Assembly: GCA_964584895.1 (NCBI GenBank)
Contig: CAZPAW010000001.1
Location: 1 to 35,935 of the forward strand
Reading direction: 5' to 3'
DNA length: 35,935 nt
From: an uncultured Candidatus Saccharibacteria bacterium
Lineage (GTDB): Bacteria; Patescibacteriota; Saccharimonadia; Saccharimonadales; JAGQNJ01
Below, in pieces: positions 25,057-34,172 of this stretch. Every line of letters begins with the position of its first letter. The first letter of the stretch is position 1. The translations under genes were made by a program, and so were the position numbers. The notes under the pieces are model-generated. The model was not told the DNA's origin. It searched no databases and was given only the letters and a program-made list of their open reading frames with translations.

Positions 25057-25722
25057 ATGTGGGATAATAAATACATGTTAGCTAGCAAAAAGCAGCAAAA
25101 AGATTTTAAAGCCCTGTTTGAAAAAGGTCGTAGACTAGATTACAAAAAAGGCGAAATGATCATAAGAGCCAACGAAACACCCACGGGTGTTTTTTTGATT
25201 GAGTCGGGACTAGTTAAAGCGTATGACATAACAAAATATGGCGAAGAAAATCTATTAATAATCCGTAAAGCTGGCGAGATCTTTCCACTGATTTGGTCAA
25301 TCACTAATGAAGAAAAACTGGTAATCTACGAAGCTCTGACACCTGTAACATTATGGAAAATTGATAAAGATGAGTATCTTAATTGTCTGCTAAACAACAC
25401 AGAACTTTTACCACCTTTTATAGATATCGTAATTGCAATGTATCGCATGCACTCTTTAAGAATCATAAATTTAGAATATAGGACAGTTAGAGAAAGAGTT
25501 GTGTCATTTTTACTAATTATGGCGGATAGATTTGGCGAAAAAAGGGGTAAAAATATTCTTATTAATGTACCTCTCCGTCGTCAAGATATTGCAAGCTCTG
25601 TTAACGCCACCAGAGAAACTACCGGACGAGAAATTATTGCCCTGCAACGTTCTAATCTAATATCTACTGACAACTCTTATATCTCGATTCAAAATCTAGA
25701 AAAGTTGCAAAATATCTTATAG
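25057..25722 (+). CDS. Crp/Fnr-family transcriptional regulator
   Basis: N-terminal cNMP-binding beta-barrel (GEMIIRANETPTGVFLIESGLVKAY...). C-terminal HTH (RRQDIASSVNATRETTGREIIALQRSNLI). The start could be the downstream Met at codon 7. Confidence 0.8.
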   Translation: MWDNKYMLASKKQQKDFKALFEKGRRLDYKKGEMIIRANETPTGVFLIESGLVKAYDITKYGEENLLIIRKAGEIFPLIWSITNEEKLVIYEALTPVTLWKIDKDEYLNCLLNNTELLPPFIDIVIAMYRMHSLRIINLEYRTVRERVVSFLLIMADRFGEKRGKNILINVPLRRQDIASSVNATRETTGREIIALQRSNLISTDNSYISIQNLEKLQNIL

Positions 25723-26379
25723 CTATTTCCAGTTAAGTACTATTGTTTCAATTGTTTTAATAATCAAATCTCGATTAGGCATCTTATTGTCATCATAATA
25801 ATGATTAGTGTTCATGTAATTTTCTACCACACTTAGACACTGAATTTCGTCAGCTAATATATGCATTCTATCAACCGCTGCTACTGTAGCAAGTGGCGTT
25901 GCAACAATCAATCTATCAATCTTTATAGGTTTTAAAAAGTCGGATGCTGCATCCAACGAAATTCCACTATTTAACCCATCTGATACCAGAATCACATTGC
26001 GTCCATACAACAAATCTCTACGAATTAGACCGCCGTCTCCGAGTAATCTATTGATGGCATGGAACTTCTGCATTTTTTCTTGCTCTAAATAGTTATGATA
26101 ATCGGCTGTAAAACCTTCAAGTTGCCCAGTTGAAAATAGATTATTATAAGTAAAGCCTCCGTCTTGGTTAACTACTGCTATCGGCTTTGTCTCGCCTGGA
26201 AGCTTAACCTCCTCGGTTAATAACATTGTTAACACGCAGTGTAAGCGTGATGCAATCTCAGCCCCAACTATAACGCCGCCATCCGATAATGCGACAACGG
26301 CACAGTTTTCATAACGATATTTGTCTACAAGCTTACTCGCCAACAACTGTCCAGCCTGATGACGACTTTTGTAATACAT
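25723..26379 (-). CDS. Phosphoribosyltransferase-family protein (COG1926-like)
   Basis: N-terminal RHQAGQLLASKL...VVALSDGGVIVGAEIA and a PRPP-loop-like NVILVSDGLNSGIS (Asp-Asp degenerated to Ser-Asp). Confidence 0.65.
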   Translation of the reverse strand: MYYKSRHQAGQLLASKLVDKYRYENCAVVALSDGGVIVGAEIASRLHCVLTMLLTEEVKLPGETKPIAVVNQDGGFTYNNLFSTGQLEGFTADYHNYLEQEKMQKFHAINRLLGDGGLIRRDLLYGRNVILVSDGLNSGISLDAASDFLKPIKIDRLIVATPLATVAAVDRMHILADEIQCLSVVENYMNTNHYYDDNKMPNRDLIIKTIETIVLNWK

Positions 26380-26403
26380 ATATTGTAGAGTTTAGCAGAA
26401 CGC

Positions 26404-27153
26404 TTATGTTTTTTGCAGAAGATAAAACTTCTCGACGTTTCCCTTAGACCCACTAATTTGACTATCCATCGATGTCCTAATCACAAAATATTTTTTTACA
26501 AACATTTCAAACCCAGATAATATTTCTTTTCTAATTCGAGAATTCTTAACAACACCCTTATTTTTTTGCGGAACAGATGCCTCGAACTGAGGTTTGAGCA
26601 GAGCCACTACCAAGGTAGATTGGCTAGCCAACCTACTAATCACTGGTAAAATACTTTTGAGCGATATAAAAGAAACATCAATTAATATGTAATCATAGCT
26701 GTTGTTTTGAGACTTATAATCCCTGATGTCAGTTTTTTCATTTAGTTCTACCCTAGGATCTGATCGTAACTTTTTGTCTAATTGATCGGTGCCAACATCT
26801 ACAGCTATCACTTTTTTTGCCCCATGCTGAAGTGCAAAATCAGTAAATCCACCTGTCGACGACCCAACATCTAGCACGACCTTGTTAGTGAAATCTAAAC
26901 TAAATGCTTTATATATAGATGCTAATTTTTCTCCGGCTCTTGATACAAGTTGTATCGCCTCATCAATATTAATTTGGTCGGAGCGATTTACTCGATAACC
27001 AGATTTAGTGATTATCTTCCGATTTACCGATACCTTACCCCTAACAATTAAATCCTTGGCATGCGATCTAGACCTAACTAGATTTTGTTGAGCCAAATAT
27101 TCATCTAGTCTATCTCCAGATTTATTAGATTTTTTTTCGTTCACGATAAGCAC
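26404..27153 (-). CDS. tlyA: TlyA-family rRNA 2'-O-methyltransferase (S4 domain plus FtsJ-like MTase)
   Basis: RLDEYL...LVRSRSHAKDLI (S4 domain), SRAGEKL, LDVGSSTGGFTD (SAM motif I), DVSFISL. Its start overlaps the efp 3' end by 29 nt. Confidence 0.85.
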   Translation of the reverse strand: MLIVNEKKSNKSGDRLDEYLAQQNLVRSRSHAKDLIVRGKVSVNRKIITKSGYRVNRSDQINIDEAIQLVSRAGEKLASIYKAFSLDFTNKVVLDVGSSTGGFTDFALQHGAKKVIAVDVGTDQLDKKLRSDPRVELNEKTDIRDYKSQNNSYDYILIDVSFISLKSILPVISRLASQSTLVVALLKPQFEASVPQKNKGVVKNSRIRKEILSGFEMFVKKYFVIRTSMDSQISGSKGNVEKFYLLQKT

Positions 27154-27691
27154 CAGATTCAGTGTCTACACTAATTTCATCGCCAGTTTTAATAAATGGA
27201 GGTACTTTGACCTTAATGCCTGTCTCTAGTGTAGCGTCTTTTGTAATAGAGCTAGATGTATCGCCTTTTACAGCATCTTCGGCATAAGTAACTTTTAAAT
27301 AAACATTTTTTGGTAATTCTACATTGATAATTCTATTTTTAAACATCTGTATAGTGATTGTATCGGACTCTTTTAAATATCCAGCTTGATCAGCGATGAT
27401 AACAGAAGGCACTTCAAATTGTTCAAATGATTCTGGGTCCATGAAATGATAACTAGAACCATCGTTGTACAAATACTGGACGCTTTTGTTCGTTACGTCG
27501 GCAGGCTCTAGCTGCTCGTTACCCTTAAATGTCTTATCTAAGACCTTACCATCAACTAGGCTTTTTATTTTTACATTGACGATTGAGCCACCTCGTCCCA
27601 TTACTTTTTGAGAATATTCGACTACTTTATAAGGATCGCCTTCAAATTGAAAGATAGTACCTTTTTTGAGATCAGTTATTCCAAACGCCAT
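27125..27691 (-). CDS. efp: Translation elongation factor P
   Basis: DLKKGTIFQFEGDPYKVVEYSQKVMGRGGSIVNVKIKSL, 188 aa, three-domain length. Confidence 0.92.
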   Translation of the reverse strand: MAFGITDLKKGTIFQFEGDPYKVVEYSQKVMGRGGSIVNVKIKSLVDGKVLDKTFKGNEQLEPADVTNKSVQYLYNDGSSYHFMDPESFEQFEVPSVIIADQAGYLKESDTITIQMFKNRIINVELPKNVYLKVTYAEDAVKGDTSSSITKDATLETGIKVKVPPFIKTGDEISVDTESGAYRERKKI

Positions 27692-27701
27692 GAATTATCT
27701 C

Positions 27702-27905
27702 CTAATTATTAGCAACAAATGGTAACAACGCTAGATGTCTTGCACGTTTTATGGCACGCGCCAAATGTCGTTGTTGACTCTCTGTAAGGCCAGTTTTTTT
27801 ACGTGATTCTATTTGTCCGTACACATTAACGTAACGTTGTAATGATTTAAAATCCTTGTAATCAAAAAATGGTACTTCATCTCGTTTTCTAAATATTTTT
27901 GCCAT
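27702..27905 (-). CDS. rpsR: 30S ribosomal protein S18
   Basis: DYKDFKSLQRYVNVYGQIESRKKTGLTESQQRHLARAIKRARHLALLPF. Confidence 0.92.
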   Translation of the reverse strand: MAKIFRKRDEVPFFDYKDFKSLQRYVNVYGQIESRKKTGLTESQQRHLARAIKRARHLALLPFVANN

Positions 27906-27955
27906 TGATTATTCTCCTTTACTTTTCGCTTGTTGTTAGGGGTGAGTAGCCCGAT

Positions 27956-28014
27956 GAAGTGATTTATTCACTTCCCGGCGCGATTAAGAGGGGATATCCC
28001 TCTTATAAGGCGCC
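27956..28014 (-). other. GC-rich structured intergenic element between ssb and rpsR (two hairpins, one enclosed by an outer stem)
   Basis: GAAGTGA (27956-27962) / TCACTTC (27968-27974). AAGAGGG (27986-27992) / CCCTCTT (27998-28004), enclosed by GGCGC (27977-27981) / GCGCC (28010-28014). No U-tract. Confidence 0.5.
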
Positions 28015-28020
28015 AACCGA

Positions 28021-28488
28021 TTAAAATGGGATGTCGTCAAGATTAATTGGTTCATCATCGACGTCTTCGACTACTTCGTCTTTGTGCGTTTTACTCGCAG
28101 GTTTTTCGCTAGACTGACTATCATTTGAGCCTGATTCATTACTGCCGCTATCTGCTCCACGACTATCAAGAAATGTTACATCACTTGCTATAACTTCAAC
28201 TTTACTACGTTTCTTGCCGTCTTGCTCCCAAGAACTACTCTGTAATCGTCCGATCACTAAACATCGTCGGCCTTTAGTTAAATACTGCGCAACTCTCTCG
28301 CCCAAGTTCGCCCAGGCAACAACATCAACATAATCGGTTGCTTCTTGCCACTCTCCATTACTACCTTTATAACTACGATTTAACGCCAAGCTAAAACTAC
28401 ACACACTTTGACCGTTGGGCGTTTGTCTAAGCTCTGGGTCCCTAGTCAGATTACCCATTAATGTCACTTGGTTTACACTACGAGCCAT
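28021..28488 (-). CDS. ssb: Single-stranded DNA-binding protein
   Basis: OB-fold N-terminus NQVTLMGNLTRDPELR, acidic C-terminal tail ending DDIPF. Confidence 0.92.
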   Translation of the reverse strand: MARSVNQVTLMGNLTRDPELRQTPNGQSVCSFSLALNRSYKGSNGEWQEATDYVDVVAWANLGERVAQYLTKGRRCLVIGRLQSSSWEQDGKKRSKVEVIASDVTFLDSRGADSGSNESGSNDSQSSEKPASKTHKDEVVEDVDDEPINLDDIPF

Positions 28489-28491
28489 ACC

Positions 28492-28878
28492 TTAACCCTC
28501 CGCTTCTTCATCAGATTTTTTATCATCAGAATCTTTAGATTTTTTTGCTTTTTCTGCCTGAACTTTCCTAGCTTGTTCAGCCTTAGCTATTTCTTTGTGA
28601 TCTATCTTTACAATTAGATATCGAATAATCTCGTTAGTAATATTAAGAGTACTCTCGACCTTTGCTAGACTTGTCGGCTCTAACTCAACTTCGTAAAATA
28701 CGTATATGGCATGTTCATTTTTAGCTATTGGATAGGCTAGCTTTCGTTTACCCCAGTTATCGGTAGCTTTAATCTTACCTTTATTATCGGTAATTATCTT
28801 TTTAAATCTTTCTTCAGATTTAGTTAGATCTACCTCTAGCCCAGGGTCGTATAATACTGCTATTTCGTAATCTTGCAC
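28492..28878 (-). CDS. rpsF: 30S ribosomal protein S6 (GTG start) with an acidic/basic C-terminal tail
   Basis: YEIAVLYDP..., WGKRKLAYPI motif. Classic rpsF-ssb-rpsR synteny. Confidence 0.9.
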   Translation of the reverse strand: MQDYEIAVLYDPGLEVDLTKSEERFKKIITDNKGKIKATDNWGKRKLAYPIAKNEHAIYVFYEVELEPTSLAKVESTLNITNEIIRYLIVKIDHKEIAKAEQARKVQAEKAKKSKDSDDKKSDEEAEG

Positions 28879-28949
28879 TTAATCTCCTTCCTTTGGTTAT
28901 AGCCCGTTCTCCTTAAGAATCAACGAGCTGAAGTTTTTTTACAGATGAA

Positions 28950-28958
28950 ATTATATCA
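28950..28958 (-). promoter_or_regulatory. Candidate extended -10 promoter (TGATATAAT) of the rpsF-ssb-rpsR operon
   Basis: The minus strand reads TG-A-TATAAT about 70 nt upstream of the rpsF start, immediately after the ftsK stop. Confidence 0.4.
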
Positions 28959-28961
28959 TTA

Positions 28962-31163
28962 TTAGTGTCGTTCGGTCAAATTCTCTGGTTCCGAAGACTC
29001 TGCGCTGTCTATTCCATCTCCAGTATCCTGATCAGCATGTCGATCACCAAAAACTTCATCAACAGAACTAATAAGCACGTCTCTAGGTCTAGAACCATCG
29101 GCCGGACCAATTATTCCTTGTTCTTCCATGCTCTCCATCAATCTAGCTGCGCGAGCATATCCAACGCGTAATCGCCTCTGGAGCAAACTTGTACTAGCCT
29201 TTTTACTGTCAACTACTACCTGAATAGCGTCCTTCCACATGTCATCATCAGCCTCATTTGCTCCATAATCTGCGACAACACCACCCTTTCCATTTAACTG
29301 GACTGGTTGGCTGACAACTTCATCATCATAATTTGGTGCACGTTGAGCTCTAATAAAATCAGTGATTTTGTTTGTCTCTTCATCGGTAATTAAGGCACCT
29401 TGAATACGCTTAGGTTTTGGCATTTCGGCAGTTTGATACAACATATCACCTCTACCGAGCAACTTCTCGGCTCCCATTTGGTCAATAATGGTCCGAGAAT
29501 CAACTTGGCTAGCGGTTGTAAAAGCTACGCGTGCAGGTATGTTTGCTTTAATCAATCCCGTTATTACATCAACACTTGGACGCTGAGTAGCTAGTATCAG
29601 ATGAATCCCCACAGCTCTAGCTTTTTGAGCAATCCTAACAATCAAGGCTTCAACGTCGCGCGCAGCCATCATCATCAGATCAGCCAGCTCATCAATAACA
29701 ATAACGATATACGGCATACCCTCTTCTTTTTTCAGCTCGTTATATTCTAAGATGTTACGCTTGTGTACTTCGGATAGAGCTTTATATCGTCTTTCCATCT
29801 CAGCTACTGTCCATTTCAATGCACTAATACACTTCTCGGGTTCAGTAATAACAGGCGTCAGCAAATGTGGTATACCGTCGTAAGGCTTTAATTCTACTTG
29901 CTTTGGATCTACCATAATTAACTTCAAATCACTTGGTGTGTTTCTATATAATAAACTGGTTAAAATTGTATTGATCATAACCGATTTACCAGAACCTGTT
30001 TGACCAGCAACCAAAATATGGGGCATTTTATCTAAATCATCAACGACTGGCGCACCAGATATATCTTTACCAATTGCAATATTAAGATTACCTTTACGAT
30101 TCTGCCATTCATTAGTCTGCAAGATACTACTAACACGAACATGAGCTTGTTTTACGTTTGGCACCTCTATACCAACTGCTCTTTTTCCTGGGATTGGAGC
30201 CTCGATTCTAATTGTCTGAGCGGCAAGATCGAGCGCTAAATTATCCTCCAAAGCTTTAATCTTGGTAAGCTTTACTCCATTAGGAGGTCTAAGCGTATAT
30301 TGTGTGACTCGTGGTCCAATATTCGCACCCTCCATAGTAGCGTCAATATTAAAATTACCGAGACTTTCCTTAATTTGCCTAGCATTGCCCTCTACATCGC
30401 CAGCATCAGCCTTATCTTGTTTTTGATTAAGTAAATCAAGGCTGGGGAATTTCCAGGTTGGGTCACTTTTAGCTGTTAGTGCTTCATGATTTTCTTTTGG
30501 CGATAACTTTTCTGCTGTATTTTTTAGTGATGACAATCGAGCTCCACGATGTTCTACTGGCACGCCTTCATTAAGCTGAAACTCTTTTTGTTCTCCACCT
30601 TTTAATTTAGCTAAATCTACATCACCATTATCTTTTTGTTTAAAAATATCCCCCAATTTTAAAATTATTTGTGGCGATATATTAAAAGTTAAAAATACTG
30701 CTAAGCCTGTCAATATAAAGAACATTATCGATGCAGGGATTTTTGATATTAAATTAAGTGTCGCACCACCGATTAATTCACCAACCGATCCGCCATTACC
30801 CCCACTCAAATTACCGCTATCATCAGACACGACAAAAACCGTATAAAACCAACTAGAGCTAAATACAAGAATACCTATACTTGAGGCAAATTTCTCTAAT
30901 GGGATTTGTTTATCCTCACTGACAAATTTTAAAGCGCCCAAATAAGCCAACAAAAATGGCACAATATAGGCTGCCCAGCCGAGCGCCCAATATACCCCGC
31001 TAAACATACTAACCGGCAGAGGCCCACCAGCTCCAAAACCACCTAAAAGCAAAAATAGCCCTAGTAAAATCATTGTTACAGCACCAGACAACTGCCAAAA
31101 ATTTGACTGTTCTTCTGGCAACTGTTTCTTTTTCTTGCGTGTTTGTTTTCTTTTCTTAGCCAT
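28962..31163 (-). CDS. ftsK: DNA translocase FtsK/SpoIIIE
   Basis: N-terminal polytopic membrane domain, Walker A GQTGSGKSV, IVIDELADLMM (Walker B), C-terminal gamma winged-helix (LLQRRLRVGYARAARLMESMEEQGIIG). Confidence 0.92.
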   Translation of the reverse strand: MAKKRKQTRKKKKQLPEEQSNFWQLSGAVTMILLGLFLLLGGFGAGGPLPVSMFSGVYWALGWAAYIVPFLLAYLGALKFVSEDKQIPLEKFASSIGILVFSSSWFYTVFVVSDDSGNLSGGNGGSVGELIGGATLNLISKIPASIMFFILTGLAVFLTFNISPQIILKLGDIFKQKDNGDVDLAKLKGGEQKEFQLNEGVPVEHRGARLSSLKNTAEKLSPKENHEALTAKSDPTWKFPSLDLLNQKQDKADAGDVEGNARQIKESLGNFNIDATMEGANIGPRVTQYTLRPPNGVKLTKIKALEDNLALDLAAQTIRIEAPIPGKRAVGIEVPNVKQAHVRVSSILQTNEWQNRKGNLNIAIGKDISGAPVVDDLDKMPHILVAGQTGSGKSVMINTILTSLLYRNTPSDLKLIMVDPKQVELKPYDGIPHLLTPVITEPEKCISALKWTVAEMERRYKALSEVHKRNILEYNELKKEEGMPYIVIVIDELADLMMMAARDVEALIVRIAQKARAVGIHLILATQRPSVDVITGLIKANIPARVAFTTASQVDSRTIIDQMGAEKLLGRGDMLYQTAEMPKPKRIQGALITDEETNKITDFIRAQRAPNYDDEVVSQPVQLNGKGGVVADYGANEADDDMWKDAIQVVVDSKKASTSLLQRRLRVGYARAARLMESMEEQGIIGPADGSRPRDVLISSVDEVFGDRHADQDTGDGIDSAESSEPENLTERH

Positions 31164-31275
31164 ATCTTTGTACTTATTATAAGAAGTTTATATATCTGTT
31201 GTCGAGCATTTTAATTCACTCTAACTATTGTAGCAGTTTTTACAACTTTAGTCAATCCGCTAAAGCTTGAATATA

Positions 31276-33351
31276 TTAGTCGCCATAAGTCTTTTGATTC
31301 AAGAGTTGTTTACGCATTTCTGCGAAGCGCTCTTGCTGTTCAACTGCCATATCGACGTCAGTTTTTGGTCCATCCTGCTTCTTGTCCGTAGTTAATCTTG
31401 TGGATTGTTGCGATGAAGAGGTGTGTTGAGTTTTGTTAGAATTCTGTTTTTGAGCACCTCCCGCACCAACAACATTTACTACTGGTATAACAATCGGGGC
31501 TCTCTGGGTTTGATCGTACAAGTAGTGAGTAACATGATCCTTCAGCTCTGCCTTAAAACGTTCTAGATCGATTCGTTTGAACCTCTGCATTACTGCACGT
31601 TTTAGTTCTGTTCGAAGGCCACTCATAATTTCTTCGTTGTCACGAATATATATAAAACCTCGGGTTATGATATCTGGACTAGTCATCAACGCTCCTGTTT
31701 TACGATCAATAGTTAAAACAACCGTCACCAATCCTTCTTCCGAAAGCATGATTCTGTCTTTAACTACTATATTGCTAATAATTGCACCTGTCTGATCAAC
31801 AAGCAAACTCCCAGCAGGAACATCTTCGATCTTCTCAAGTTTATCCTTGCCAAGTAAGAAACTCGCCCCGTTATAGCCAAGCATGGCATTATTTCTATTC
31901 ATACCCTCTTCAACAGCTAAATCAGCCAAATATCTTCTTCTCAACATTCCACCGTGGACTGGTATCAAATATTTAGGATTGACCATTTTTAACATATCTC
32001 TCATCTCGTCACGCCTTGCGTGACCAGAAACGTGCAAAGGCCCACAACCATCAACTTCATGAGTTGGATGACGATACTGTTTTACCCCCAAACTTGCAAG
32101 ATTATTACCGATTTGATCATATCTAATTTCGTTTCCAGGAATCGGCGACGAACTAATGATGACTGTATCGCCTGCTTTCAGCTTAATATGATTGTGTAGT
32201 CCCTCACTCATCCGCTGAAGTGCAGCGTTGGGTTCGCCTTGACCTCCAGTGCACATCACTAACAGTTGTTCGTCGGGCAAATTAGCCGCCTCACGCATAG
32301 CCATTAAAGTACCTTTAGGGACTTTTAAAATCCCTTGTCGAACTGCAATTTCCGCATAACTCATCATACTGCGCCCATCAAGAGCAACCTTTCGACCATT
32401 TTCTACTGCCGCATTAATAATCATCTGAATTCGGTTCATATTACTAGAAAATACTGCGCAGAAAATCCTACCGCTAGCCTGAGATATTACATCTTTGAAG
32501 CTCTTTTCTAGGGTGTGTTCGGTCGGTGTGCGTCCTTCGACATCGGAATAACTACTTTCAGCTAGCAGTAGCATTACTCCCTCTTTACCGATTTCTGACA
32601 ACCTATTAATGTCGGTTGGCATATGATCTAATGGCTCAGGATCCAATCTGTAATCTCCAGTTGCTAATATTTTGCCTACAGGCGTATCAATACATACAGC
32701 CGTAGAATCTGGGATAGCATGAGTTACTCTGATTAGCTCAATAAAAAACGGTCCTATTTTTAATTTTTCATGGTTATCCATGCTCATAGTAATTGTTTGG
32801 GGCTTAAATGTAGGGTCGACATTTGGAGGCAGTTCTTCAAAAGTCTTCTCTACAATCCCAACCGTAAACTGAGATCCATAAATTGGAGCTGGGAAACGTG
32901 GCACAATATGTTTTAGTCCGCCAATATGATCAAGGTGGCCGTGAGAAATAACATAAGCTTTAATTTTATGTTTTATCTGAGCTATATAGGTTGGATCTGC
33001 GATTTCATAATTAATTCCTGGCAGATCAACACCCAAGTTAATTCCACAATCCAATACTATTGCACTATTTTGGTATTCAATAATTGTAGTGTTTTTTTCG
33101 CCGACATCCTCAAGGCCTCCTAAGAACGAGATTTTTAATTTTTCAAAATCCTCTGTGACTAAATTTGCACGTTTTTTAGGTTGTGAATCCTTTACTGCAC
33201 TATATTGATCGGCTATTTTTCGAGCATCCTCATGAGATCGCTTTTGAGCCCTAATGGCTGCACCACGAGATACGTTCATTCCATTGTTTTTTTGTTCTCG
33301 ATTTGTCGTGGGACGATTATTCCCCTTGTTTGGGGTTGGTTTTTTATTCAT
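31276..33351 (-). CDS. rnj: Ribonuclease J (metallo-beta-lactamase/beta-CASP) with basic low-complexity N- and C-terminal extensions
   Basis: ISHGHLDHIGG motif (HxHxDH), beta-CASP region, HVSGHA, YLIPVHG. The exact start is uncertain. Confidence 0.88.
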   Translation of the reverse strand: MNKKPTPNKGNNRPTTNREQKNNGMNVSRGAAIRAQKRSHEDARKIADQYSAVKDSQPKKRANLVTEDFEKLKISFLGGLEDVGEKNTTIIEYQNSAIVLDCGINLGVDLPGINYEIADPTYIAQIKHKIKAYVISHGHLDHIGGLKHIVPRFPAPIYGSQFTVGIVEKTFEELPPNVDPTFKPQTITMSMDNHEKLKIGPFFIELIRVTHAIPDSTAVCIDTPVGKILATGDYRLDPEPLDHMPTDINRLSEIGKEGVMLLLAESSYSDVEGRTPTEHTLEKSFKDVISQASGRIFCAVFSSNMNRIQMIINAAVENGRKVALDGRSMMSYAEIAVRQGILKVPKGTLMAMREAANLPDEQLLVMCTGGQGEPNAALQRMSEGLHNHIKLKAGDTVIISSSPIPGNEIRYDQIGNNLASLGVKQYRHPTHEVDGCGPLHVSGHARRDEMRDMLKMVNPKYLIPVHGGMLRRRYLADLAVEEGMNRNNAMLGYNGASFLLGKDKLEKIEDVPAGSLLVDQTGAIISNIVVKDRIMLSEEGLVTVVLTIDRKTGALMTSPDIITRGFIYIRDNEEIMSGLRTELKRAVMQRFKRIDLERFKAELKDHVTHYLYDQTQRAPIVIPVVNVVGAGGAQKQNSNKTQHTSSSQQSTRLTTDKKQDGPKTDVDMAVEQQERFAEMRKQLLNQKTYGD

Positions 33352-33944
33352 TTTTTAATTTTCTCCTTTTTCTTGATTAATGATTGTGTATTTTCTAAAA
33401 TATCCGGGATTTTATTAAAATCTTCTATTAAAATTTGGCGCATAGCACCGTTATATAGTGCTGCCGCCGGATGATAAAGCGGGACAAATAGATTGCCTGA
33501 TTTTTTTATAATTTGACCATGAACTTGGCCAATTTGTTCTTCTGGCAAAAAACAACTCATACTGTGACGACCGAGAGTTATTATTAATACTGGGTTAACA
33601 ATCTCGATCTCTTCTAATAAATATGGTAAAAATTCTTCTTTTTCTGACTGAGATGGATCTCGATTTTCGGGGGGCCTATACTTTACAATATTAGTAATAT
33701 AAACGTCTTGTCTGTCTAAACCGATATTGCCAAGCATCTCGTCAAAAAATTTACCTGCCGAACCAACAAACGGTTGCCCAGTTTTATCTTCGTTTTTGCC
33801 GGGGGCTTCACCGATAAAAACAATATCAGCGTCCGGATTACCCCATCCAAATACTAGCTGGCTTGCATTATCTGCTAAATCTCCACAAACACCGTCTTTA
33901 ATAATCCGTTGTTTTATTTTTTCCAATTCAATTGTTTTTTTCAT
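33348..33944 (-). CDS. Uracil-DNA glycosylase, family 4-like
   Basis: VFIGEAPGKNEDKTGQPFVGSAGKFF and C-terminal YHPAAALY motifs. Only two Cys in the whole protein. Confidence 0.8.
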   Translation of the reverse strand: MKKTIELEKIKQRIIKDGVCGDLADNASQLVFGWGNPDADIVFIGEAPGKNEDKTGQPFVGSAGKFFDEMLGNIGLDRQDVYITNIVKYRPPENRDPSQSEKEEFLPYLLEEIEIVNPVLIITLGRHSMSCFLPEEQIGQVHGQIIKKSGNLFVPLYHPAAALYNGAMRQILIEDFNKIPDILENTQSLIKKKEKIKK

Positions 33945-33946
33945 AG

Positions 33947-34162
33947 TTATTTTTTCTTAAGGAACAAATTGATCGATTGGATAATCCTAATAGCGCCCCA
34001 CACAATTGCAACAAAAAACCCTAGCCATTGAATAGTGCTCGCTGTATCCGTTGCAAGTAAAAATAATACATATCCAATTAGCCACATTACTAGACCCGTT
34101 ACCAGATATGCCTGTGGTGTAGTAAATTGATTTGAGGATATTCGTTTATTCTTGCCCGCCAT
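33947..34162 (-). CDS. Small two-TM membrane protein (71 aa), unknown function
   Basis: Two hydrophobic helices (AYLVTGLVMWLIGYVLFLLA; WLGFFVAIVWGAIRII). Tightly packed between pnp and udg. Confidence 0.5.
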   Translation of the reverse strand: MAGKNKRISSNQFTTPQAYLVTGLVMWLIGYVLFLLATDTASTIQWLGFFVAIVWGAIRIIQSINLFLKKK

Positions 34163-34172
34163 ATTGTATTTA

